From: Styela clava | Taxonomy: Eukaryota | Assembly (NCBI RefSeq): GCF_964204865.1 | Contig: NC_135259.1 | Span: 12,586,001 to 12,650,000, forward strand | Direction of reading: 5' to 3' | Length of the DNA: 64,000 bases | In this document: positions 13,971-28,900 of the stretch, one piece after another | How positions within the stretch are numbered: position 1 is the stretch's first letter | How the letters are laid out: each line of letters starts with the position of its first letter | Notes under the pieces: model-generated | What the model saw: only the letters and a program-made list of their open reading frames with translations | What the model was told of the DNA's origin: nothing | The model's database searches: none | Translations under genes and position numbers: made by a program

Positions 13971-15288
13971 ATGAAGTCAGTAGTGTGTGTTATATTGTTG
14001 GTGACAACATGCTCCATGAGCAAAGAGACATCGAATCAGGTATGTAACTATGTATCGTAAGTAAAGTAAACAATTTTTTTAAGCATCCCATATTTTAATA
14101 TGTCATTTTGTGTGCTGTTATATTAAACAGAAAAAAATGTCAAATTTGGCTATTTTAACACAGGAACACTGTTAAATGACATTAGGTACAGACTTTCAGT
14201 TTTGCTGAAATCGTGTTAGTCTTTTGACTTTGTGTTCATATATTTGAGTATTGCTCTTATGTTTCTAATATTTATTTATCCGACAAACATGTTTTAGATA
14301 GATAGCTTAATTCTCGTTGGCACTTATCCACTTTTATTTTTTTTAGGAAATTCATCATATCAAAAAACGAAATATTTATCAACTTGCACATGTCATACAG
14401 TGTGCTCAAGAAAGGAGCAGCTGGCACGTGTTTTGGGCTTTATACAACTACAATAACTATGGATGCTGGTGTGGCAGCGGTGGAAAGGGCGATCCGCTTG
14501 ATGAAAGTGATATGTAAGAAATATGAGTTATCAATAAATAGACAGATAATAAGAGTAACATCTCGAATTAATTCTGCCATCAGAGTATTTTATTCAACTT
14601 TGTGTTAGATATATATACTCTTCTTTTTTTTTTCAATTATAGAATATGTGAATTCGAAGGTTTATCGGGTCAATTTAAAAAGTAGTATTTATTTCGTATT
14701 TTAGGTGTTGCTTTGAACATGACAATTGTTATATAAGAGTAAGAAATTACCTCGCTACAAGAAAATTGAACGAAATGCTTCGATTTACAGGAGTATATCA
14801 TTATAGATGTTTGGATAATGAGATATTGTGCGGTGAGTTGATCATAGATTTTGAAAAAGAATTAAACGTCTTTGTATTTTCTATAAAAATATACAATTGG
14901 CCAAAAGTTACTCATGATGTCACCTCTGATATCTGAGTGTGATCATGTTGTTGATGATGATCAACTCAAGCCTGGATAAATAAAAGATTACAAGTCAAAA
15001 ATATCAATACTTTAAGTTTAAATGGTAGTTTTTGAACGTCCGGGGGAATGATTAAAAACTTTACAAATGTGTTTCTACTAATCTATTTATATATAGGTAT
15101 ATTTCTTTTCAGATGACATGGAATTATGGAAACGTAAATTATGCTTATGCGATAAAATGATTGCAGAATGCCTGGCAAATAACAGACAATCCTACGATAA
15201 ATCAAAGAGAGGGGCAGATTCTGACGGACAGTGTTTCTATCGTGTGAAGTCAGCGTTAAAATCTGAATTTTTTGAAGACATCGACTGA
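13971..15288 (+). CDS. Secreted phospholipase A2 (group I/II/V/X fold), 4 exons (13971-14039, 14347-14513, 14705-14832, 15113-15288)
   Basis: Signal peptide, KKR propeptide then NIYQL, Ca loop YGCWCGSGG, catalytic DMCCFEHDNCY, LCLCDK (Asp99 equivalent); splice phases fit; AATAAA right after the stop. Not visible in the ORF track. Confidence 0.92.
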
Positions 15289-16439
15289 ATAAATAAAAAT
15301 TCATTATTGCACTAGTCCGATGTATCTATGCTTATGAAATTTGGGATATAAACTCATTAGATTGCAAATTTTAACAATCCATGAGGTAGTATGTACTCTC
15401 GAGTCTTGATCCGAGAAATTACGCAGGGCGAAGGGCGTACCAGTAAATATCAAATAGTTCAATACACCCGATGTTGTATTTAATTTTTTAGTTTGATTTG
15501 TGCTATTTTTAATTAGTATGCGTGAACTAAGTCTGGGGATAAATATTTATTCCTAGCTGGTTACAAAGTTAGGGAAAAGACTCTGTGTTATGATGAGAAC
15601 TGTTACAACCAGCAGTATGCAGTTCTTGTGAATACGTTTCGCGTAAATCATCTCAAACTTTAGCCGAGAATACCTATTTATATGTTCTATTTGACTTATT
15701 GAACTATGTATATGTTGTAATTTCATCAAATATACATTATATCTATGCCTATCAGAATTATGTAAAAAAAAAAACTTGCCTATAAAAAAAACAAAAAAGT
15801 TACCTTTAATCTGGCAACCGTCTGAATATTAATTCAAAGTGATTGATTCAACCGCTTTTCTTATGACACAACAATAAGAACAATAGACTATTTTGCTGGA
15901 GATAGCTACTTCTTGACAAGCGTATGTATGGACATTGCTATAACGTTCGGATTTTGCGGGATTGCGACGCAGCGTCTTATGAATCAGTTTTCTCAAATAT
16001 CAGAAGTAATTATTTTAATATTCTTGAATAAATCTGCGAGTCACTGAAATGCCAAAGTCTGCACATTTAAGCAGAATAAGTCCAAGCTATTAGAAGAATA
16101 CTGTAAGTTATCGCTTAGGCAGATTTTACTGACTAATTTGCGTTACTTGACGTTAGTAAAAATATTATTTAAAAATTCGCAATTGCTTTAATTTGGCACA
16201 ATTTCGGCACTTGATTACCTAGCTAAGATGAGTAAATCAAAATTGTTGTAGATGAAACCAGTATTCAAGAATACCGTAACGTTAACTCGTGTCGTATACA
16301 CAAATTTCCCAGTAGGCTAATTTAATTGCAGGATAAAGACATCTTAGCGATATTGTAACCAATTCAAAAACAATGGAAGCAAAAGATCGACAAAGTAAGT
16401 ACCAATCGAAAGTACGGACACGGGGGTTGTCTAACCTTC

Positions 16440-16566
16440 TATTATCATGCCATACCGTACCGGACATGGACTATTAACGGACGTGAGGTCGTGGTTCGCC
16501 ATATGATTAAGCCGTATTATACCCTTTCCTCTCCCTGATATAAAAAGTAAATCCGATCCTAACTAC
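16440..16566 (+). mobile_element. SINE-like repeat fragment
   Basis: GTGGTTCGCCATATG and CTTTCCTCTCCC motifs recur inverted at ~61085-61218. Confidence 0.4.
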
Positions 16567-16667
16567 TTCCTTTTATTAATATCTGGGATGGGGGCTGCGC
16601 TGATGATTGAAATATATATTTCAGGTGAAACATAATCCATGTTTAATATGAAAGGTATCAGTAGAAA

Positions 16668-16854
16668 GGTTCCATTACATTTGAACCCACGTACATTTGA
16701 ACCCATGACAATTGCACCTGTATGCTATTGCACCTATGGAATTTTTTTTGTTACACGGTTAGTTAAACCCATACTAACCCTAACCCATGGGTTTTAGCAC
16801 CCGCATATAGATTGAACCCGTGGATATACGCATGGGTTCAAATGTACGGTCACC
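16668..16854. mobile_element. MITE family B with 9-bp TSD
   Basis: GGTTCC..ACATTTGAACCC inverted termini, TSD CAGTAGAAA; near-identical copy at 38690-38892. Confidence 0.85.
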
Positions 16855-16974
16855 CAGTAGAAAGAATAATTATGCGCCACGCCTCTAAATTAATGTTATT
16901 CATGTAATTGAATTAAAAGGCATGGCATGTTTCCATAATATATTAGCATATAAATTAATCTTTTCTATTTTCAG

Positions 16975-19900
16975 AGTCTCCGAACGACGATTCAACCAAA
17001 AAACTCACCATTTCAGTCGCAGTTGGACTACTGGCTTTGCTTGCTGTTGTAGTATTGGGTGTTGCAGTTATCGGTGAGTGTGATCAAACAGACCAACAAA
17101 AATCTTACTCACCAAAATTCAAAAATGGAATAAATTTGTTACCACTCTCAATCTAGTTTTGAAAACAAGGATTGAATATGATTCGTCTTGATGAATTGCT
17201 ACTGTTCTGAAAATCGCTTTTCTTCGCAATAATGGATGTCAAGTTTTCAGAAACCGATAGAACGCTATGATTTTGCTATTTTATTTTTCAAATTTTTTTC
17301 GACCTGTTAATTTGCACAAAATTTCGCTTTTGTATTTTAATTTATGAGAAAATTTTACATGAAATATAGGAACATTTTAATATAACTTCAAATATTTGAG
17401 CATTGATCTCGTGTTTAAATATAGCACCATCGTAATTTTAGGGTTGATAATGCAGCCATCATCAAACTCTATTATTCAAGTTTTCTTGTCCCTATTGATA
17501 AAAGCCCTAACCATTACCTTTATTTTTCTAGATAAAGAAAACTGTGCACCTATATTGAGTTTTTAGTTAAAAAAAAAAACTTTTTTCTTATCAATTTTGC
17601 TCAGATTCACATAAGATTTTCGTTTTAGGTGGTGCGCCAACCGAGTGTGAAAAATTTCTTGCACAATATTCAGCAGGAAAAAAGATTACAGTTCTTTTAG
17701 ATCCGGTGACAAGACGAGAATGTTTAGGTAAACTCTGGCAATTCTTGTTGATACGCCAACATTGCTCAAAGATAATGTAACTATCACTAAGCATTAATAA
17801 AACTATAAAGTTTTTTTGTATAATTTTGTCGATCTCTACTTGGAGTTTATAATCCGTATTGCTGTCAAAGCATATACTTTCACATCGCTAGCTTGAAATT
17901 GCTGCATAGTCAGATGCAGTACTAATATCATAAATGATGAATAAATACTCTCTATCTTTGTCTAAATATTAACCAATAAATATGATCACATTACCACAGT
18001 AATCATATTTCCCCAAGCCTTCAACAATCAGCCTTTTCGCAGAACATTTTCCACCTGTAGATCGGTGCTCCGTGTTTGAGATATGTTTCGAAAACAAATT
18101 CAAATGCTCCACAGTATTACAGTTATTTTTTTCGTTTGCATAGAAACTATGTGCGATTTTGACTACGGACAATGCGCATCACCCTGCCCATTCGGATTTG
18201 CACAAGACGAAGAAACTGAGTGTCCAAATAGTTGTGATTGTGCTGAATCCGGATCGTTTCAAGGAGATATTCAATTCAACGAGGATGAAATTCCAAAAAT
18301 GATGAAGGTAGGATAAGACTTTGTATCCATTCAGATTCTCTTCGACAATATTTAACAATGCAGTTTAAAATTATTTACGATTAGGACTGAACAAAAAATA
18401 TTCAGAAGGCTATTCCATTTGGTGTAATTTTCGAATCAGTGAAAAACTAAAAATATCGGAAATACAGATGTCAAGCGTCTAAAATATGCTTCTTTATTTA
18501 AGAGTTTAGTTGAAATTACCTCGTAATAAAAGTACATTTAAATTCTTTCCCGTACACTTTCGAAATATCTTTATGTTCGAGGCCTACCGGCAATTTGCCG
18601 ACTTCTTGAAGATGATGAAACGATTCCGAATACTATATTTGAAAATAAACGTTACTGAGAATATAAGATATATAAGACTGCTTGTATAAATATAGATATA
18701 AGACTGCTTGTATAAAACCTAGTTTAAAAAAAGTGCAACCAACTTACATAAATGTATGCGCACATTCAGTAAGCATCGTGATGAGTCAAAAAACACAACT
18801 TTGGGGCTCCTGAAGTATGCGTACCAAGATGGCGGACACCGGAACGTAGCATATGTACCACAAGTACCAGGTTGGGGTTAGGCCATAATTTCATTCCAAT
18901 TTTCCTTATTTTAGTTCTATTACGAGTTCGGGGACTAGCCAAGTGACTCCCGTAGTATTTGTACCTGAAATTATGGCCTAACCCAACCTGGTACACATAA
19001 TACGCTCCGATGTCCGCCATCTTGGTTCACATACAACGGGAGTACCCAACTTTGATAGCAAAAACCTGTTGTTATAGTAGAGAGAGAATATTATTGGTGT
19101 TGTCAAATTTGAGAAATATTACGGTTACATTACTGTAATGGCTAGGCATCTTTGTACCTTTCTTGACCCTCCTGTGCTTTGTCATACTGGGTGATGGAAT
19201 ACGGTTTAAAGCTCTGTTCTCGGCTAATATTTTGTTTATATATATGAGTAGTGAAACCGAAAATTATTCAATTTGTAGGATTTTGGTCATAGCGAAGAAG
19301 ACGAAGATTTCGAACTATTTTACGCGTGGGGAGACAACAAATGGGATAATATTGAAGTCGATGGAAGATATAAAATACCTTACATTCTTGACGAAGTTAT
19401 TAGTGAGTTATACTTTATGATGCTGAAATATGAATTACGTTTATTTATTTTTTATATAATCATGCTTAATAGAGATAATTAACTCAATTTTATATCAACG
19501 CTTTTATTTCATAGCTGAAGATTTTTACAAAGAATTTGACATGTCAATGCGAAATTTATCGCAACGAACTTGCTTGGATTTTATACCAAGAACAGAAAAC
19601 GAACCAGATTATCTCAAAATTATGAGCCGAGGGCAAGGCTGTTCGTAAGTGCCATTTTCACTCCAGAAAAATTTAAAGCGAGTCTGGCAGTATCGTGTAC
19701 GTTTCAGTATGTTCCCAAGCTTTTCATTTTAGGGGGTTTGTTTCCAAATTTAGGAGGTGGGGAATTTGTTGCAACTTTGGAGCGTTTTGGGGTCGTTTAA
19801 TTGCAGAAAGCTATGTAACTAATATAGAATTGAATCGTAAATTCCAATAAATCATGTGGTATTTGGTGCAATTTTAAAATAATGAAAAAAAGTATACAAA

Positions 19901-22900
19901 AACAACAAATTTCAATATTTCATATGTCAATAATCTGGAGACTGAAAAAATAGAATTACGCAGATAGCTGGGATTATTGCTGAAATCAAATTGGCACCCA
20001 AGTTTAATGCCCCAAACACTGAGCAATTGATAGTTTAAAGACAAAACTGGCAGGGCAAGGTGGGGTACGTTGGAAAATCAGCTCTCCGACTCTTACTGTA
20101 CTCGTATTTATGTATGTTTTCGATGTTTGAATCCGCCTTTCGGTGCTGGAAAGACGTCCGTCCGCAAACGACATACTACTGTCCGGTATTTCTTTGCTTT
20201 AGCCCACTTGGGAGTTTCAGTCTGAAATAGTTTGATGCATATGGGGAACAATGCCAAATCTCTCCAAATTTGATGCCCAGAGTTCTTGAGATGCTGATTT
20301 TTAACGGCATGTTTCGTTCAATTTGATCGACCGCCCCATTGTGCACCAGAGAATTTCTTAGTCGAGAATGAAAACTACATTTGCCCCTTTCTGCATTAGT
20401 CCCGTACGGGTCAAATGAATGAATGCAAGTTGAGACTCAAAAAATGCAAAAAAAAAGTGTCCCAACCTTCCTCCTATCTGGAAAACGCAATTTCAAAACG
20501 ACTTTATCAATTTAATATGTGAAATACATGGTAAAGTTTCTCTTCTGACAAATAATAAATCATCCTATTCAAATGATCAGAAAAACGCCGCATCTAGTAG
20601 GCCCATAATGGGGCCATTGGGTCAAAACACGAGTATTCTCAGACATTGTGCGATTTAGGTTGGACTTTATAGGATCACCGCCCAAAAATGTTATTCATAA
20701 TATAGTGAACTTTTGCGCCGCCGCAGATATCCGCCCTCATTGACCTATCAGACTGAAATATTTGGATTTGCAAAATAACCCACATTTTTTTGCTGATATA
20801 ATAAGGGAATAAAAAGCTCAAAATTATGGGGGGGGGGGGTGTAGGGAAATCATTGGTACGTTTAAATAACGGGCCCATTTAGGGCATGCTTATATTTTCG
20901 TATAATGTTTTTAATTGTTTGTAGTAATGGAATGAACTTAAGGTTTAGGATATATAGCTACAATTTGGAGCTGTGAATCGTGCTGAAAGTTTTTGCGTTA
21001 GTTTACTATCAGTGTACAAATATGGTTCCTGTAATTTTTATTTCGAAGTCGCCAATTTATATACTTACTATTCATATTCAGGGCACATATTGGCAGAGCT
21101 GGTGGAAGGCAGTTGGTTAATCTGCCAGAAGGATGTTTTTTTGAAGCAACAATTCAGCATGAGCTGATGCATACACTCGGATTTTATCACGAGCAATCGA
21201 GAAAGGATCGAGATGCATATGTCGATATTCATTGGGATAACCTCGATAAATGTATGTACAATATTTTTTTACCTACAAATCTAGATGGATAGTTCTGCTG
21301 CCCGTGCCCTCAAGAAAACTCATAGCTGTTATATGCTAAGGTTCATGGCAAAGTGGACGAAAAATTTAGATATAACCTAAACAAATTGTTTCGTCTTCAG
21401 AAGAGCTTTATTTTTTATCGCAGTGACGGAAAAAACCGACCCCGAACAAGGATAAAACTAAATTGAAATCAGTTGATATTATTACTTATCGATCTCGATA
21501 AGTATGTTGATAGGTATTTGTCTGTCTGTTTATTTGTTCGTCTGTTTATTTGTTTGTCTGTTAGATGCACGCGATATCTCACGAAAGCGAGATGGAATCT
21601 GCTCCAAATTTGCATGTGCATTTATCATATCTCGGACTAGATGCCTATTGATTTTGGATGAATTATGTCGTATAATTAGTGACGGGACACACGGTGTCAC
21701 TCTTTCGTAAGGGCGGATGAATCGAAACCGCAGTTTCTGTTTTGGGGATCCCCTAACTTTCGATCGATAAGTCTTCGGTCTCCGATCGATATTCTCAGTC
21801 GCTTCAAATGGTGAATTCAAACCAGTTTGCGCTTACTAGAGCGCTGAAACGCTCTGATAGCTAGAGTCCAAGTGGTTCTCAAACTATGTGTCGAGATTAT
21901 CACGTTACCACGGAACTTTTCGACTTAACAAATAAGGGAACTGTGTTTGGTCTGATTAAATACAGCGTTAGGTATATCTAAAGTTTAGATACTTGACGCC
22001 TTGACGGTCAATAATCAACCACTTTATAGTCAAATTTGAAAGTTTCAGCTGAAATTTTAGCTATCAACTAGTAAACGAGAATATAAGTCAGAGACCGAAG
22101 ACTTATCTATCGAAAGTTAGGGGATCCCCAAAACAGCGCTCTTACTCCATAGTGACACCTTGTGTCCCATCACTAATTAAATAATAACTCGCTAAATATA
22201 CCACATAATTCGCCCAAAATCAATAAGCTTCCGGTCCGAAACATGATGAATGCACATGCAAAATCTGGAGCAGATTCAATCTCGCTTCCGTGAGATATCG
22301 CGTGCATCTAACAGACAAACAAACAGACAGACAGAAAGAAAAATATCTATCAACATACTTACCGATTAAAATCGATAAGTAACAAGATAGCGATTGGAGA
22401 CCGCCGACTTATCGATCTGCGGTTCGAGATATGATATATGCACATGCAAAATTTGGAGCAGAATCAATTTCGTGAGATATCGCGTAACATATGAAAGTGT
22501 CTAACAGACAAATACATATCAACATACTTACCGATCAAAATCGATAAGTAATAAATCCCATTCAATGACTGGTTTTGAGGTCCTCAAAATAATGTTGACA
22601 TTCGCAACATTATGGCTCTGCGACTATTATTTTCTGGCCTAAGTATCTTGATTACGATCAAATGCAAAGGTTTAAGATCCATTGAGCTAGAGTAGAAAAT
22701 CCATATTGTTTAATGAATAAAATACTCATTTATATCATTCATGTTTTGCTTGATAGACACATCTCACAATTTTGATAAAGAGGAATCGGACCAACTGATA
22801 GATCTAGGATCAGAGTACGAAATAACATCTGGGATGCATTACATGAGCTTCTGTTGGGCTGTGGATAAGAGTAAGCCAACAATAACAGGGTAAGACAACT

Positions 22901-25900
22901 TGCTTTAACATCTGAATTGTCTTTAGTCGTATTTATAGATTTTAGATTAGATTATTTCACAATTAAACCACTCTATAGGTATTTTTAACTTTGTAAAATT
23001 TGGCATAAATATAATTTGACTTGAAAAGTTGCTGGATAAATAATTTTATTTATTTTTATATTAATTTCGAGTCTTTTTGTGCCCAATATTTTCACCAACA
23101 TCTTGCATATTTTGATTCATGAAAGATATACAAGGAGTCCTCGGGTTACGACGGTCGCGACTTATACGCTGTTTTGGGGTTACGACCGCGCACTCCATAA
23201 CGCTGTTTCGAGGTTACGATAATACTGTACTGTAATATCTAAGCCCTTTTAACTAGATCATTGTGATCAAGAAAATCAGTGCTTTGGGCTCATTGGTTTT
23301 CGTCATTTACATCGTAAATGACGTGTACAATACAGTACGATATGTATAAAGTAACAATCTATGTATATCAATTTATGTACTGTACAGTACAGTACTGTAC
23401 AATGTTCCGACTCACACTGAAATCCGGGTTACATCGCATCTCAAGAACGAAACAACGTCGTAAGTCGAGGACTCCCTGTATTGCATTAGGTAAAATTTAT
23501 TTAACATTTTGTTGAAACATTTCTGTTATCGCGGTAGTCTTTTGATCTTAGTGTCCATATATTTAAATATTATTTCCCAGTGCAAATCACAAATTTTACA
23601 TTGAAAAATGGGCAAACACAGAAAATTAAAAACTATGCCACAACACTTTATTTATTATTATATGGAATTTACCATAAAATATTGTAAAAAATTTTTTAAC
23701 TGATTCATTTTTCATTTATTTCAACTGTTTACATTTCTATACTCATACTTAAGCAAAGGGAATGTAATAATTAAGAAAAAACATGAAGAAAATTTTTTAA
23801 CGGCTGAAGATTTACATGAAATTCGATTGCTTTACAAATGTAAGGACAGTGGGCCGAATAAAAAAACAGGTGAGTTTGACGCATGGTATCTGGAAGAAAT
23901 TTTCCATGTTCTGGACACCCAGTGTGCATACATATGGATTGCTTTGCTAACTTGCTGTTGTTGTTGGAAAATCTGTTGTTTCCGCAACTACGGAAACAAT
24001 CGGTTTTTAAATTTTCAGTCCTCAAAATGGAAGAAGCCGCTTGAAGGACATATAAATTTTATTTTGATAGGAATTTCGTTTTGAAATATTTCACCCAAAT
24101 TTTTGTGTATTTTGTAATCAATGAATTTTAAAGGATACTGCTCAAAGTTACACAAAACACGCAATTTTTGCGTTCAAGTCTTACATGCAACCACACCGAA
24201 TTCGTACACGTGGCATGGTTATGTGTTTCAGCATAATTCAAGTTAATTATTATATACAGTTCCAACTATCTCAATACACGCCAAAGACAAGCGCTATGGA
24301 GTTGGTATCAGAGACTTGAGTCGAAGTTTGACATGTTTTTACCAAAGTCGGATCCAGATTCGCATTTTCAGACTTTCCGAAGCCGGAATCAATTTGTCAA
24401 GCTGGAGTCGGGATCCGGAGCCGACGTCGTTTCGGAAATGGCCTGAAACCGGGTGTGAACTTTCTTCAAATCCGAAACCCTGCGTTCAACACGAACATGG
24501 TCATATTAATGGAGCGTTGGCGCAATATTGTGACCCGTGAAAATATTGAAAAATTTAACGAAACGATCTATAAACAAAAAATATCACATTGCAAACTTTA
24601 TTATTCACAAAAGTCTGAAATTTCAGGTGAATGGAACGAGTGGAATAATTGGAGTGAATGCACCCAAACATGTGGCGATGGGAAAAGGCAGCGATATCGA
24701 CATTGTATACACCAAGCAACTGGAGAAAAACTTGTTGATGGGTGAGTGGCTGGTTCTTAAATTTTAGAAATATCCTATCAACTCTCTTCATGAGTCATTC
24801 AAATTCCATCCCTTCCCAGTAAGCCATGAATGCTCATCTACATTTGTTTTGTTTTTTGACTGGAGGAGGCATCCTTGTTTTTCTAAATAAAAATTTTCTA
24901 ATTCCACTCAGTCGTGTAACGTTCAGCTTCGTCAAGGATCTGTTTTCCTCTTCTAATCAAAATGTTTTATTGTAAAACTTCAATATTGTTTATGAAACAT
25001 ACCGCGGCACCCATTGAGACCCATCGAGGTGTCGAGGTCGCTAGTTTGGAGAGCCTTGCACTAGACCACAATATTCACACTCATTTAACGCTTCAAGGTG
25101 CCCTGGATTGCCATCAGATTACGAAGAATGCAATACTGCTGAATGTCCGCCACCTGATGGAGAATGGAAAGAATGGGGCAGCTGGGCATCTTGCTCAGCA
25201 ACATGTGGGCCAGGACGAATGATGCAGTAAATTTTTTGTAGAATTCTAACAATACTTCAAATAGGAAATAATACAGCATAATAAAATAATTCCCTTGGTC
25301 TTAAAAATATAAAATTTTATTTTCTATAAAATATTTTTTAAATAAAATATACAGTTTGTCCAGCAAGAAATCCCGTTTACACTGAAATTTCTGTTTTTCC
25401 ACCCGTTCACATAGCGATAAATCAAATGTTTGGAAGTGCGGTTAAATACTATTAAATATGAATGTGTATTTCCGGTACTTCCGTAGTATGTGAACCAAGA
25501 TGGCGGACACCGGAACGTAGTATGTGTACCAGGTTAAGGTTATGCCATAATTTTAGGTACAAATACTACGGAAGTCACTCGACTAGTCCCCGAACTCGTA
25601 ATGGTTCTAAAATAAGGAAAATTGGATTAAAATGATGGCCTAACCACCTGGTACACATACTACGTTCCGGTGCCCGCCATCTTGGTTCGCATAATATACA
25701 GGAGTACCGTATTTCCTTGGCAATTACCTTTAAATTATCACGTCTGATTTTTAGATCCAGAGAATGTAGTAAAGTATTGGCTTGCGTAGGAGAATATTTT
25801 AACTACAAACCATGCTATGAGGTTTTCTGTGACACTGGAGAAAGTAAGAACTTTGACTTTTATTCACATGCATTGGACGGGTCTCAACGGAATAAAAACA

Positions 25901-28900
25901 ATAATGTGGTCAAGTGCAAAATTAACATGGATGAGCCTATTGAGATTTTGCACACAATTATTCCTAATAAGGCTAATGAAAACAATCAGCCACCGATACG
26001 GAATCTTTTTAGTCACCTTGCCTAGCCAATGTATTTTTTCTAGGGTAGTGAGATGAGCAAGAGTTTTGCGATGCCACAATATGGCTACTTCCAACAGTCT
26101 AAATTTGTGGTGAAGTTTATCTGTATGAAAATTTGAAACGTCGGCAAAATACATTGTTTTGCTAACACAGGTTTATTTATCCTCGACATGAATATAAACC
26201 AACTATGCGCTAGCTATTCTAAATTTCAATATTTGGAACGCTATACTATACTATAGGTTCAAGCGCTCCTTACAGCGTCTGTGAAGATTCGACTGCAGGG
26301 GAAGTTATTCGATGCAATTTTTGAATGGAATAAATTGTTACGATACTATTTCATACTTCTCTGCTCAGTATTTGACAAGTATTCTCACTGAATTATATTA
26401 ACAACTAAAAAAATAGCGACAGAAAAAGGGAAGCTTTGCTCCGAGCCTAGAAATAACTGTTACATAGCCAGCAAGAGCTATTATGGAACGACCGGAAGCT
26501 ACAGATAATAATAATACTTTCACTGACACGCTACTGATTCAATTTTTTTACCGTTGTTTTGAGTAATACTTACAAGTATAATTTTATTTTAACAATGTAA
26601 AAATAGAAGTCATGACTGAGACGTTTGGAACATGGACTCAATGGACCAATTGGATGGTCTGCGATAAACATTGTGGAAAAGGAAAGCAGACTTCTACTAG
26701 AACGTGTGCTAGAGTAAGTTAATTTTCAGTTTTCTACAATTTCATTTACCGGTACAATTCAAAATCCTACAAATAAGTAAATTTGTGGTTTCGTTAACAA
26801 CAACAACGATAGACGTAACAGATATTATTCCAATTTCATCGAAGAATTTTCATGTTGCTCTCTGGAGCGTTTGAGATTTTCTTACACGCTTTTCACACTA
26901 TGTAAGACTCAACTAGACAAGGAGCTATCATGGTTTGTAAGGACTGTAACACATTTCAGGTACGGTATTTCCTACCCAATTTATTGCACTATAGGTTAGT
27001 AGTTGTGTTACATGAGATCTGAGAACAGGATGTTTCACCTCCGATAACAACATAGCTAAGTCCAACGCTTTAACCACAATGCCATTTTGTTTTCTTATAA
27101 CAATCGCTCTCAATGTCAATGATTCCATGCGGTACATATGCTGGCTAATTTACAATGCTATTTATTGTTAACCCTATTTACGTTGTTGAGTTAGCTTGTA
27201 TTTTTTCAGATTAGACTAATTTTTTTTTTATCTATTACCGGTATATATTTTAAGTATTTATGACGATGTCGATTCCGCCACCGAATCACCTTACTTCAGC
27301 ACTTGAAGTTGTCTTCACGCACTCTTATCCGAACACTGGCAAACATGTGAACACAAAAACATGTGTAATCCTGTAAAATCAAATGACTATCAGTTCCATA
27401 ATGCACTAACGCTGTGATATTAGTATTCTGTTTTCGCGCTGCATTCCTGCTGTCGTTCCCATGGTTACTCGCACATATGTGGTTGGAGTCGTTTTTTTGT
27501 TTTTCCGTGTATTGGGCGTCTCCTGGATGTTCAGGTCGTCTCGATTTCTATTTCTTCTTGAAGTTTTCATTGTATTTTAATTACTGTTAGATTTTATCAC
27601 AGTTGTCGCCGATCGATAACCAGTATTGGTTTCTCGCGACTTCTTTCACTCCGAATTACCGTTTTTCCTCCTTTTTATATTCTGTATCCATTTTGTGTAT
27701 TTCATGTATGGCGAAAAAATAAACTACTGATTACGCTTTCTTATTCAGAATGAAGAATATCTCCCAATCAAACGCTGTGCCATTCCAGATGATGTACCAA
27801 ATTTGAGCGAACATGGCAACGTAAGAGTTAGAGAATGTGAGCTTAGAGCTTGTGCAGGACAACCTGCTGGATCTGGTTCGACAAATTCAAATAACGTTGT
27901 CACAACAGCAGCACCTGGAGGAGCAGTCGGTGGTAAATATGAATTATTAGCTTTCGATGTCAGGTTTACGGTTGTTACTTACGCTTCGATGAGTGTTTGA
28001 TAACTTTTTTTTGAATTCCCTTGGAATAAACCAATTTTAGAGCATTTTTAAATCCTGATATGGATAAACATTGGGTGTCCTCAATATCTCATGAAATGTC
28101 GATAGCTAGTCATGTTTACTATTCCTGGTGCCCTGACACGGAGGTTGCCTTATTGGTCAAAGAATGAAAAACAACAACTCGTTTATATTTTTTATTCAGG
28201 GTCATCCAACCAGTGGGGCGAATGGAGTCAATGGTCAACTTGTGACGTCACGTGTGGAGAAGGACAATGGACGAGGTAACGGCATAGTTAGGAATTATAG
28301 GTCTAGGATTAATGGCAATAATGATATAACACCAACAAGCTTGAATTAGCTTGCCGAAATTTAATATTTTACTATAACTCGAATATAGTCTGTTTCTATA
28401 AATTAAATTGAATGTCCCGAGTCTTGTCGCAAGGTCTATCAACTTCCAATTGAATATTTCATAGATAAGTCGAAAAAAAAACTATTGTACATTACCATAG
28501 TAGTGAGATCAAACTCTTAAGAAAAATGCATTCAAATTACCTCTAAAATAGCAAACGCTTTTTTAGGAATATTCATTTATAGACTGCAAAAGTAAAACTT
28601 CCTTTTAAGTGATTACACTTGAAACAAGTTCATGCATCTGAAACAAACAACAGCTCAAGTACTCCTATACCCGCCATGTTTTGGTAACCGGTCGAGAGAG
28701 AGACGGGGGGGGGGGGGGGGGGGGGGCTCACGAAGTATGTGCAACAAGATGGCGCACAACCTGAACCCTAACCTGGTACAACCACTATGTTCAGGCTGTG
28801 CGCCATCTTGGTGCACATACTTCAGGAGGTCCGACGGGAGTTCACCATATGATTAAATTGTCTTGTCACCTTTCCTCTCTTACTCAAAATAATTTGCGAT

